Shown: in pieces, positions 49,756-58,560 of the stretch
Layout: every line of letters begins with the position of its first letter
Numbering within the stretch: the first letter of the stretch is position 1
Assembly (NCBI GenBank): GCA_002505695.1
Contig: DAVU01000013.1
Coordinates: forward strand, 95,852 to 159,851
Direction of reading: 5' to 3'
DNA length: 64,000 bases
Source: Euryarchaeota archaeon UBA487
GTDB taxonomy: Archaea > Thermoplasmatota > Poseidoniia > Poseidoniales > Thalassarchaeaceae
The notes under the pieces: model-generated
Told to the model about the DNA's origin: nothing
Databases searched by the model: none
What the model saw: only the letters and a program-made list of their open reading frames with translations
Program-made: the position numbers and the translations under genes

Positions 49756-50835
49756 ATGGAAATTTTCGAAGCCGATGGCTCCATCAATCCCAAACAGATT
49801 AGACTTGATGTTCAAAACAAAGCTCTGCCGAACCGCCTACACAGACTTAGGAAACTACCTTGGTTTGAGTGTTGGCTCTCGCAATTAAGGTCGGAGAAGA
49901 AAAGTTCTCACACAATCAGGGCTTACGAGCGGGCTGCTAAGGGAATTTCAGAAATTGTTTTGCCGGGAGAAGAGTCGTCTTTGCGAAGAAATTTTTTGAA
50001 ATTGAGCGTCGAAGAGGCTCATAACTTACTGGATCCTGACACAGGGAGAATTGATTCTTGGATATCGACACTTGATGCCCTCAGTCCTTCAAGTGTGAAC
50101 GCAAGAATGGCAGCCGCTACTCACTTGTTGAGATGGTTTGGCCACACAATGCCGGAGTGGATCAGGAGGCCAAACAGGCGAAGACCCCTTCCAAAAACCC
50201 TCAACAAAAGAGAAATTTCGAGGTTTAAATTGACCGTCTCAGAATTCAAGGATCCGATTGTGAGGCCCCTGACCACAATGATGTTGGAAACTGGTGTGAG
50301 AGTCTCTGAAATTTGTAACATGGATGTTGATGACGTTGATCTGGATGACCTCTCTGCGTTGATCCTAGGCGGCAAAGGCGAGAAGGACCGAACAGTATTA
50401 TTCACTGATTTGACTGCAGAGGGGATCCAAGAATGGATGGTCGAAAGGGGGATGCGCGCTGAGAAACAAGTCAAAGAGGAGCGGCAAGCGCTATTTTTAA
50501 CAAAAAATGGACATAGGATAACGCCGCGTTGGGTCCAGAAACTGATGGATAGAATTGCCGACAGGGCCGGAATTAAGCGATCTCGATTAACACCGCATAC
50601 ACTGAGGCACACTTTCGCCTCCGGATTACTCGAAAGGGGCGCTGATCTAGTGACAATCCAGAGATTGCTCGGTCACGCCAGCATAGCAACTACCAGGGTC
50701 TACCTTGAGATAAGTGACCAGACGCTGAGGGAAATTTACAAGAGAGCCCAGATGCCAATGCCAAAGATCAGTAACCCATCACCTGATTCTGATCTTCAGG
50801 GAACATTACACGGTGTGTTTCCTTCATCTTCTTGA
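49756..50835 (+). CDS. xerA: Tyrosine recombinase, XerA/XerC-like
   Basis: TGVRVSE (R), GKGEK (K), TPHTLRH (HxxR), LLGH, TTRVY (Y). Housekeeping neighbourhood. Confidence 0.88.
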   Translation: MEIFEADGSINPKQIRLDVQNKALPNRLHRLRKLPWFECWLSQLRSEKKSSHTIRAYERAAKGISEIVLPGEESSLRRNFLKLSVEEAHNLLDPDTGRIDSWISTLDALSPSSVNARMAAATHLLRWFGHTMPEWIRRPNRRRPLPKTLNKREISRFKLTVSEFKDPIVRPLTTMMLETGVRVSEICNMDVDDVDLDDLSALILGGKGEKDRTVLFTDLTAEGIQEWMVERGMRAEKQVKEERQALFLTKNGHRITPRWVQKLMDRIADRAGIKRSRLTPHTLRHTFASGLLERGADLVTIQRLLGHASIATTRVYLEISDQTLREIYKRAQMPMPKISNPSPDSDLQGTLHGVFPSSS

Positions 50836-51018
50836 TGGATTTTTCTTGGATTTCCTCTTTTCCAGTTTGTCAATGCCTTGCCAGGACCTGTCTGCCTTGA
50901 CCTTTTGACCGGCATGCCCCTCCAAAGGACAGTGCTTCCCACTTCTACATCTACTGCAATTATCCCTGGGTGGTTTGTCGACCTTCTTTGTTAAGCGGCC
51001 GTACTTCCTTCTTGGCAC
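50824..51018 (-). CDS. Small basic protein with C-x2-C-x5-C-x4-H motif
   Basis: 64 aa, very K/R-rich; fills the gap between xerA and the divergent gene. Confidence 0.55.
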   Translation of the reverse strand: MPRRKYGRLTKKVDKPPRDNCSRCRSGKHCPLEGHAGQKVKADRSWQGIDKLEKRKSKKNPSRR

Positions 51019-51095
51019 ACTATGAGGTAGTCATGGCGGCTGATAGCCTTGTTGGAATAAAAAACCTCAATCCCAATAGTGTGCTCAGGTTGTAC

Positions 51096-51824
51096 ATGGC
51101 ATCTAACGAGAAGGTTGCCATCCGTCTTTTTGCCCAAGTTTGGGCCCCGAGACCGATGATGGGTATTGACGATGACAATATCGTAAGAACAACCGTCCGT
51201 CCAAACACTAAAAGGAAAATCATACTAGGTGATGTTGCTCAGGCATTTCTGAGAGCCTTTGGGCCCTCAGACCCTCCAAAATTAGTGGGAGATTTAGGGT
51301 TTGACGAACAGAAATGGGAAATCACCGCGTTCGCATTCGAGACGGAATTATCCATAATTTCTAGGCCATACTGGGGATTTGGCGTTTTCACAAAATGCTT
51401 CCTCAATGAAATCAAATTGATTGGGAAGAGGGAGATCATTGACAGAACTGTATATGACTCTCTTTCCTTCCTTGGGAGGAATCCGTGGGAGCCTGTGTGG
51501 ATTCGCAGGTTCGAGCGCAACATAGGGATGGGAGTCAAGGAACAGGCAAAGATCTGGAAAAACAGTCAACTCAGGGCTGAGACGGTAATGAGAGAAATCC
51601 TGAGAGAGGTAATTTCAATCTCTAAGGGAACGGTAGGACCGGACTTCGATGGATGCGCAGTCGATTTGGAGATGGCGAGAGTCGCTCTTGATGATCGGAA
51701 CAGCCATGCTTTCGAAAGGGCAATATCAAGAGTTTCAGGGCTTTTGAATATCAAGGCCGATGATCCGTGGGGAGAATTGAATGGTAATGACGGGTCAGAA
51801 GTGGTTGATCTCACAAAAGATTGA
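51096..51824 (+). CDS. Hypothetical protein
   Basis: Long ORF filling the intergenic space. Start uncertain (51033 or 51096). Confidence 0.6.
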   Translation: MASNEKVAIRLFAQVWAPRPMMGIDDDNIVRTTVRPNTKRKIILGDVAQAFLRAFGPSDPPKLVGDLGFDEQKWEITAFAFETELSIISRPYWGFGVFTKCFLNEIKLIGKREIIDRTVYDSLSFLGRNPWEPVWIRRFERNIGMGVKEQAKIWKNSQLRAETVMREILREVISISKGTVGPDFDGCAVDLEMARVALDDRNSHAFERAISRVSGLLNIKADDPWGELNGNDGSEVVDLTKD

Positions 51825-51828
51825 GTCC

Positions 51829-52008
51829 TCAGCTGAACATCCATTGAATGACGCCGTGTTGGGCCAGATAAATGATAATTGAAAATACGATGCAGGCTCC
51901 GTAAACAGCGCTTTTTGGGATTTGAATAGCATCTTCAGATTCTTCATCGAAATATCGAATGAGACCGGCGGCCTGCTGGATCCCGCTGTTTTTCTCCTTC
52001 TTGGCCAC
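51829..52008 (-). CDS. secG: Preprotein translocase subunit Sec61beta
   Basis: AGLIRYFDEE...I.IP plus C-terminal TM; GTG start 29 nt from TTCAAA. Confidence 0.92.
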   Translation of the reverse strand: MAKKEKNSGIQQAAGLIRYFDEESEDAIQIPKSAVYGACIVFSIIIYLAQHGVIQWMFS

Positions 52009-52063
52009 GCTCGTGGGACCATGGGGGCATATTTGAATGAAGCCCAAGGCTAATTGTAATGTT

Positions 52064-52426
52064 CTATGGGTCTAGTGTCTCGATCAGAACACAGCCACCC
52101 TCTATCTCTGTGACGGTTCTTGCAACCCCAACAGCAGCGTCGATACCGGACGTCATGACCAATTCTCGTCGTCCGAGAGTAGGGTTATCGAGTATGATTC
52201 GATGAGACAGTGTGCTCAGCATGGATTTATCCACGACTTGCCATATCCACTCATGTTCAGTGACAGTTATTATGGCCTCGACTGGTAGTAAATCAGTTTG
52301 GAGATGGGATGCTTTCTTTGCCCTCTGAACTAGCTCTTCGAGTTTTTTTCTCCCTTTGACTGGGGTCGTACGGACCCGTCTTCGACTGTTTCTGAGTATT
52401 CTCCTGCTCTCGCTCCGATTGTGCAC
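52064..52426 (-). CDS. Hypothetical protein
   Basis: ORF with basic N-terminus filling the gap. Start uncertain. Confidence 0.5.
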   Translation of the reverse strand: MHNRSESRRILRNSRRRVRTTPVKGRKKLEELVQRAKKASHLQTDLLPVEAIITVTEHEWIWQVVDKSMLSTLSHRIILDNPTLGRRELVMTSGIDAAVGVARTVTEIEGGCVLIETLDP

Positions 52427-52543
52427 GCATCCCATCCTGCGACCGCAGTCGCGGTGGAAAGTCAATTTTTTCACACTTAACCGTTATTGGGAAATAGCAG
52501 CCGAAGGCGTCGATTTTGTAAGTGCAAGTCGAGTGCTGACGAT

Positions 52544-54190
52544 GTGGCTCATGGGACTTCCGGCCCAAATGCAGAAAATTATGATGCGGAATGGCGAACT
52601 CAAGCTGACAATAGTTTGTTGAGGCGGGCTGTGGAGAATTGGATACCTGATGCATCTCATTGGTTTGATAATGCATTTGCAAGATTACCAGAGACAATCA
52701 GAGTCAACCCTCTCAGAATAGACTCTGATGCTGTCGAGGATTGGACTAAATCGATCGGTGGTATCCACAACAAGTGGTACTCTGGGCCAGGGTCCTCGTG
52801 GACACTGCCCTTCGATCGTGGTGGAGCTTCCGGTGATGTGAGAAGGACGTTGATCGCACTACATGAAACAGGACGAATCACACGTCAGGAATCTGTCTCA
52901 ATGATGCCAGTGAATGTTCTGAAGCCCATTCCGGGTGAGGTGATTTTGGACCTTTGTGCGAGTCCCGGATCAAAAACCACCCAGATTGCGGAGTTCCTCG
53001 CTGCTGATGGTTTGGTGGTCGCAAATGAAAGGTCGAGAAAGAGGTGCAATCTCTTGACCGCAAACCTCCAGAGACACCGCTCAAATTGCGTGATCGTTGT
53101 AAATCATGATGGTCGTCATATTCCAAGGATGTCTGGAGATATTGGTTACGATGCAATACTGGTAGATGCACCGTGCACAGGGTCAGGCACCACTAGGAAA
53201 AATCCAGAAGTGTGGAGGCAATGGCGACCAAGTGGGGGATTGGGTCTACAAGGAATGCAAGTAGGCTTGCTGAGTAGAGCTGTCGACTTACTTCGGCCGG
53301 GTGGGAGGATAGTATATTCTACTTGTTCGTTGGACCCGGTTGAGAATGAGGAGGTAATCTGTCGAGTACTGCGAACGAGAGACGATGTCGAATTGGAAGA
53401 AATAGAGGACTCCCTGCGTGGAGTAGAAACTCAGGATGGACTTGTCTCATGGTCTAGCACCGATGATCAACTGAATCCCAAATCAGACTCAAATATGTGG
53501 CTCGAGGACATGGATGTCTCGGTTTTGAAAAGGTGTAAACGAGTAAGTGGGCACAAGATGAACGCTGGCGGTTTCTTCTTGGCATTACTTCGAAAGAATG
53601 GAAATCTAGATTCCAAAAAGATGAGCATTAATCTTGAGTCGAGGAGTCCGGAGGATGGTCTCCAAGCGAGTCGGCCGGTTGACACACAGGAGGCTGACTG
53701 GTTCTCGAGGGGATTCGGGGGCTCTAGTCCAAGCCTGTGGATGCGCGGTAAAAGGATCTCGATCGGTACAACGAGGATGCTGAAAGCTTGGATTGAGCCG
53801 ACACTCGTCTCTGGTGGTAAAGCGAGAGTCGCCGGCAGGAGATGGAGACCACTCAAGGTTGTACAAGTGGGATGCGATGTTTCAGAGTACAGGTCCAATC
53901 GTCCATCAAGAATCGTGGAGAGTGGTGTGGGGTTCTCGAGAGAAATTGCACCAGAAAGAATACTCGAAATGAGCGATTCACAAATAACTGAATTGCTAAA
54001 CGGTGGGGCCATTGACCTAGATTCTGTTGTGATGGGTGACAATCCTGTATCTGGGGGTTGGCTCGCACATTATGACAAGAATTTCGACCCATTGCCAATC
54101 TGGATCGGTGGAAAAATTACCGTGATGGCTTCCGAACACGAAAGAACAAGCAGATTAGAACTTATGAGGCATGCATCAAACGAACAATGA
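52544..54190 (+). CDS. RsmB/NOP2/NSUN RNA m5C methyltransferase
   Basis: RQESVSM, DLCASPGSKT, LVDAPCTG, YSTCS, GGFF. Start uncertain. Confidence 0.93.
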   Translation: MAHGTSGPNAENYDAEWRTQADNSLLRRAVENWIPDASHWFDNAFARLPETIRVNPLRIDSDAVEDWTKSIGGIHNKWYSGPGSSWTLPFDRGGASGDVRRTLIALHETGRITRQESVSMMPVNVLKPIPGEVILDLCASPGSKTTQIAEFLAADGLVVANERSRKRCNLLTANLQRHRSNCVIVVNHDGRHIPRMSGDIGYDAILVDAPCTGSGTTRKNPEVWRQWRPSGGLGLQGMQVGLLSRAVDLLRPGGRIVYSTCSLDPVENEEVICRVLRTRDDVELEEIEDSLRGVETQDGLVSWSSTDDQLNPKSDSNMWLEDMDVSVLKRCKRVSGHKMNAGGFFLALLRKNGNLDSKKMSINLESRSPEDGLQASRPVDTQEADWFSRGFGGSSPSLWMRGKRISIGTTRMLKAWIEPTLVSGGKARVAGRRWRPLKVVQVGCDVSEYRSNRPSRIVESGVGFSREIAPERILEMSDSQITELLNGGAIDLDSVVMGDNPVSGGWLAHYDKNFDPLPIWIGGKITVMASEHERTSRLELMRHASNEQ

Positions 54191-54231
54191 TCCGGGAATA
54201 GGTTCATTTTCCGAGCCCTCCTAGGTTATCT

Positions 54232-54678
54232 ATGGAATTAGACCGCACAGACAGGGATATTATCAGAAGCCTTGAACGAGACGCGCGAATGTCTCTCAGA
54301 TCTGTCGCGGAGGAGATTGGTGTATCCCTTGGTACAGTTAGCAATCGATTGAAGAGGCTTGAGGATACAGGAGTGATAAAGGGCTACAGAGTTGAGATTG
54401 ACCCTGATAAAGTCGGATGGGGCTTGACCGTCGTAGTGGGTTTGAGGATAGAGAAGGGCAGGTTATTGGAGCTGCAGAGACTGATAGCCAAGGATTCGCG
54501 TGTCTTGGGTGTGTATGACGTCACCGGCGAATTTGATTCGATGATACTTGCAAGAGCCAAAGATAGATCAGATTTGGACGATCTTTCAAAAACTGTGTTA
54601 TCCATGGATGGGATCATGCGGTCAGTCACTCACTTCGTACTCAACACCGTGAAAGAAAGGCCGACATCAGTGCCCTAG
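54232..54678 (+). CDS. Lrp/AsnC transcriptional regulator
   Basis: LDRTDRDII..L..DAR HTH, YDVTGEFD. Confidence 0.95.
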   Translation: MELDRTDRDIIRSLERDARMSLRSVAEEIGVSLGTVSNRLKRLEDTGVIKGYRVEIDPDKVGWGLTVVVGLRIEKGRLLELQRLIAKDSRVLGVYDVTGEFDSMILARAKDRSDLDDLSKTVLSMDGIMRSVTHFVLNTVKERPTSVP

Positions 54679-55208
54679 ATATCTGTTCGATGTCCCAAGG
54701 GAAAGAGGTGGTCCCTGATCATTGGATTGAGCGCGCCTGCATGGGAATGCAAAGATTCCACGGTTCTACCCTCTGGCTTCATGTTCTTTACCAAACTGTG
54801 CCAAAGACTCTCGTCTACTTTCATATCCAATGCATTCAGCCTCTTTCTCAATCTAGATTGCAATCTACCTCCTGTTCGATCCCAATCCATAAGCAGAATC
54901 ACACTTGGACCTTTATCAACGGTGTTTCTTGTACCATAACTCTCATACAGATATGCTACGATCTTAGATTGATCCCAACCTCGGTTCAGAATCTCTATCT
55001 CTCCGGAGAAACCGAATTCCCTTAATGCTGAGGCATCTCTTTTGCCCTCTACGAGAACAGGGCATCCCGAGCCTTTGAGTTCAATGGGTCGATTCCTGGC
55101 AATAGCCTCAGCGAAATCCTTCGAAACTCTGGAGAATCGCTCGACACTATCGGCTCGGATGGATGTAGGACGGGTTGGAGGTAGTTGATCTGAATTTTCA
55201 AAATTCAT
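54675..55208 (-). CDS. TOPRIM-domain protein
   Basis: LVEGKRD, LMDWDRTG. Confidence 0.85.
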   Translation of the reverse strand: MNFENSDQLPPTRPTSIRADSVERFSRVSKDFAEAIARNRPIELKGSGCPVLVEGKRDASALREFGFSGEIEILNRGWDQSKIVAYLYESYGTRNTVDKGPSVILLMDWDRTGGRLQSRLRKRLNALDMKVDESLWHSLVKNMKPEGRTVESLHSHAGALNPMIRDHLFPLGHRTDI

Positions 55209-55373
55209 CCTAAATTCCCTCCGCTAGATCCAAAAAATTAACCATTTATGACCAAATTGTAGGTCTATATCTGACACAGCGGCCCACTCAGACCCTTCAC
55301 ATCTAGAATAGTACTACACACCTACGGTCCTTGCCCTTATTAGGGGTCGTTTGTTCCCACCATCAGGGATCGG

Positions 55374-56189
55374 ATGGCAGGCATTACCCCACTGTTCGAT
55401 AACCTATGGAATGAGTACATTCTTTGGTCATTCTTGGTTGGAGGTTTTACCTTCATCTGGCTTTACCATCACTCACTGTGGTATAGAAGCGACGAAGACG
55501 AAGAATGGGATAATAAGGATGCCATTGAGGTAGGGGTTTTTCCAAAAGAATACGACAATTTCAAACTTGAAGTCACTTGGACAGTAATCCCATTCCTACT
55601 CATAGTATATCTGGCCCTGATATCATGGGGGCCACTTGATGCAGTGTGGGACTCAACTGAAGCAGGGGGCTATGGAGACGAGTGTGCAGATGGAGAATAC
55701 TCGAATCTAACATGGTCCCAGAATGATGGAAGATACATAGCAGAATGTTATCATGTGATATACATCGAAGCTTATCAATGGGGCTGGAATTTCGATTGCC
55801 TAACCCTATCAGTCCCTGATCTTTGCGAAGTTGGAACTGCAATCGTGGATGGCACGCCTGCGGCGAGCCTCTCGTTGAAACAAGGAGAGGTGTATCTTGC
55901 AGTGATGGGATCAGCAGACGTGACTCATGCTCCGTGGTTTGTCTCATGGGGTGTCAAAGAAGACGTTCTTTATTCGCAGGGGGCTGTTGATCGCAACGGG
56001 GACGGCCTAAGCGACAATCTCATGTTGACTCAGAATGGAGAGTATGACCTATCTGCCCCATTGGGGGAATTAGGTCTCACCTCAGTCTGGCTACCAGCAG
56101 ATAACGTCGAGGACTTCCTTCTACTTTGCACCGAATATTGTGGGGATAACCACGCATACATGGTGGCTTTGATCAACGTACACAGTTGA
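55374..56189 (+). CDS. coxB: Cytochrome c oxidase subunit II
   Basis: 2 TM helices, LEVTWTVIP, YQWGWNF, CuA ligands DVTH...CTEYCGDNHAYM. Confidence 0.93.
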   Translation: MAGITPLFDNLWNEYILWSFLVGGFTFIWLYHHSLWYRSDEDEEWDNKDAIEVGVFPKEYDNFKLEVTWTVIPFLLIVYLALISWGPLDAVWDSTEAGGYGDECADGEYSNLTWSQNDGRYIAECYHVIYIEAYQWGWNFDCLTLSVPDLCEVGTAIVDGTPAASLSLKQGEVYLAVMGSADVTHAPWFVSWGVKEDVLYSQGAVDRNGDGLSDNLMLTQNGEYDLSAPLGELGLTSVWLPADNVEDFLLLCTEYCGDNHAYMVALINVHS

Positions 56190-56199
56190 GGTTTTCAAA

Positions 56200-58560
56200 A
56201 TGAGGAAAGGAAATTTGAGCAGGGCAATGATGGCCCTCTCTTTGGTAATTGGAGTCTTACTGTTGGCGCCCTTGGCCTCATCGCTTCCAACTGGCATTGG
56301 GGGATCATCAATTCAAACGGCTGGATGTAATTGCCACAATTCTGTGGCGGATTCATCAGTGGCTGCTAATATCGAAGGATTTCCAGAGGAATACAACGCA
56401 TCCGAGACCTATGAGCTCACAATTTCATTCGATGGTGGGCCCTCACAACCAGGAAACATCAACCTAGGAGGGTTCAACCTTTGGGCATCTGAGGGCGTTT
56501 TCACACCTACAGACGGCTTAACTTCTCTTTGGGCAGGCTCCGTTAATGAGGTCGTCCACACCGAGGCCGGGAATGACTACACATCTTGGGTCGTGGATTG
56601 GACCGCCCCCGAGAGTGGAAAGGAAGTTGACTTCATTCTGCATGTAAACTCGGTCAACGGAGACGGCCTTCAGACTGGACAACTTGACCAATGGAATCGA
56701 GGTACATTCACCATACAGTCGTCATTCGGATTGGTGGGTGAAGTGATCCCCGAGGCTCCTGAGCCGTTTGTGGTCCTGGCCACGCTCATTCTCATCTCAT
56801 TGGCTCTGATCGCCGTCACAATCCTCTATGGATTCTATCGCTCAGACCCGGATGGCTTCAGTTGGGACACATTCTCCCCTTGGATCTCTGATTGGCTAAC
56901 AACAACAGACCACAAGAAAATCGGGACGCTATACTTCCTAGCAGGCCTGTTCTTCCTGGGGATAGGTGGAATCATGGCATTATTCATCAGAGTGCAGCTG
57001 GCAACTCCAGGAAACGATTTCCTAACTCAAGATCAGTACAACCAGTTTTTCACTCTACATGGAACTACGATGATATTCCTAGCAGCCATGCCATTGATCA
57101 ACGGCTTTGCGAACTGGATGGTCCCACTTCAGATTGGAGCTCCGGACCTAGCAATGCCGAGATTGAACGCAATGTCATTCTGGCTACAACCAGTGGGGGC
57201 CCTATTGATCTTCACAGGAGTATTTTCGGGCCAAGGTGCGGACACGGGTTGGACAGGATATGCCCCTTACGTGGTTGACATGGTCAATGGCCATGACGGC
57301 AACACATTCTGGGCAGCAGGTCAGATAATGCTCGTTGCTTCCTCTACCCTTACTGGAATCAACTTCCTAACGACCATAGCCGTGATGAGGGCGGAAGGAA
57401 TGGGTTGGATGCAAATGCCGTTGTTCACTTGGTCCATACTAATTGCAAACCTGATGCTCTTCCTATCAATACCAGCATTCGGAGTAGGGCTGATCCAAGT
57501 CTATCTAGACCGAGTCATTGGCACTGCCTTCTACGATGTCGGTGCAGGGGGGGATCCGTTATTGTGGAGCCATCTATTCTGGTATTTCGGCCATCCCGAG
57601 GTCTATGTGGTCATCGTACCTGCATTCGGAGTAATCTCTGAGGTTCTGGCCACTTCGTCAAGGAGATCCATCTTTGGATACAAATCGATGGTCTTCGCTC
57701 TGGCAGGCATTGGCGTGGTGGCATTCATTGTTTACGGGCACCACATGTTTACCTCCGGCATGTCGCCAGTTCTGAGGTTCGTCACCATGGTAACCACCAT
57801 GCTGGTAGCCGTCCCCACCGGCATCAAGATATTCAATTGGCTGAAAACTATGCATGGGGGTTCCCTCGTCTATAGGACTCATACACTTTGGGCCTTGGGC
57901 TTCCTGGTCACTTTCACTTTAGGTGGCATCTCAGGAATGTTCTTCCCGTCAATTGCCATGGACACGCACCTGCATGAGAGTTATTTCGTGGTGGCTCACT
58001 TCCATTACGTACTGGTTGGGGGTACTGTCTTCGGTTTCTTCGCAGCCATATACTACTGGTACCCCAAGATGACTGGAAGAATGATGGATGAGCGCCTGGG
58101 CACACTACACTTCCTCACCGCATTCATTTCCTACAACGGGGTTTTCTGGCCAATGCACAGACTCGGGGTATGGGGCATGGCAAGGAGGCATCATACATAT
58201 TTCATCAGCACGGATGATTTCGCAAACCTACCTCCGGAGGCCGCAGATTGGAATCTGTTCATTTCAGTGTCCGCGTTTTTGTTCTTCTTGTCTAATTTCA
58301 TCATGGTTGCTAACATGGTGATATCATACCTCCGGGGTGCCAAGGCCCCTGCCGACCCCTGGGGTGGCTGGTCCTTCGAGTGGATGACAGCGTCCCCGCC
58401 CCCAACTCCCTCTTTTGGGAGATATGTGGATGGTGAGTGGTATGACCTTCCTGTGTTGAGGGACGCAAATGAACATGTGACGACCGAGCCAGGAATGTTC
58501 ACGCGCTGGTTTAGTCGCCTAATGGTGCCAGATGACAGCAATGAGGAGGTGAGTCACTGA
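56200..58560 (+). CDS. coxA: Cytochrome c oxidase subunit I (A1 type) with N-terminal exported domain
   Basis: TTTDHKKIG, HGTTMIF, APDLAMPRLN, FGHPEVY, GHHM, PTGIK, VAHFHYV; about 230 extra N-terminal residues. Confidence 0.97.
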   Translation: MRKGNLSRAMMALSLVIGVLLLAPLASSLPTGIGGSSIQTAGCNCHNSVADSSVAANIEGFPEEYNASETYELTISFDGGPSQPGNINLGGFNLWASEGVFTPTDGLTSLWAGSVNEVVHTEAGNDYTSWVVDWTAPESGKEVDFILHVNSVNGDGLQTGQLDQWNRGTFTIQSSFGLVGEVIPEAPEPFVVLATLILISLALIAVTILYGFYRSDPDGFSWDTFSPWISDWLTTTDHKKIGTLYFLAGLFFLGIGGIMALFIRVQLATPGNDFLTQDQYNQFFTLHGTTMIFLAAMPLINGFANWMVPLQIGAPDLAMPRLNAMSFWLQPVGALLIFTGVFSGQGADTGWTGYAPYVVDMVNGHDGNTFWAAGQIMLVASSTLTGINFLTTIAVMRAEGMGWMQMPLFTWSILIANLMLFLSIPAFGVGLIQVYLDRVIGTAFYDVGAGGDPLLWSHLFWYFGHPEVYVVIVPAFGVISEVLATSSRRSIFGYKSMVFALAGIGVVAFIVYGHHMFTSGMSPVLRFVTMVTTMLVAVPTGIKIFNWLKTMHGGSLVYRTHTLWALGFLVTFTLGGISGMFFPSIAMDTHLHESYFVVAHFHYVLVGGTVFGFFAAIYYWYPKMTGRMMDERLGTLHFLTAFISYNGVFWPMHRLGVWGMARRHHTYFISTDDFANLPPEAADWNLFISVSAFLFFLSNFIMVANMVISYLRGAKAPADPWGGWSFEWMTASPPPTPSFGRYVDGEWYDLPVLRDANEHVTTEPGMFTRWFSRLMVPDDSNEEVSH

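Noticed and set aside
49739-49770. Hammerhead ribozyme or C/D-box RNA (GATGA...CTGA...GAAA)
   Set aside because: The required stems and box spacing are absent; the stretch overlaps the xerA SD and start codon.
49756-50835. Integrase of a provirus or integrative element
   Set aside because: Flanked by housekeeping genes, with no att repeat, adjacent tRNA, or viral/plasmid genes; better explained as chromosomal XerA.
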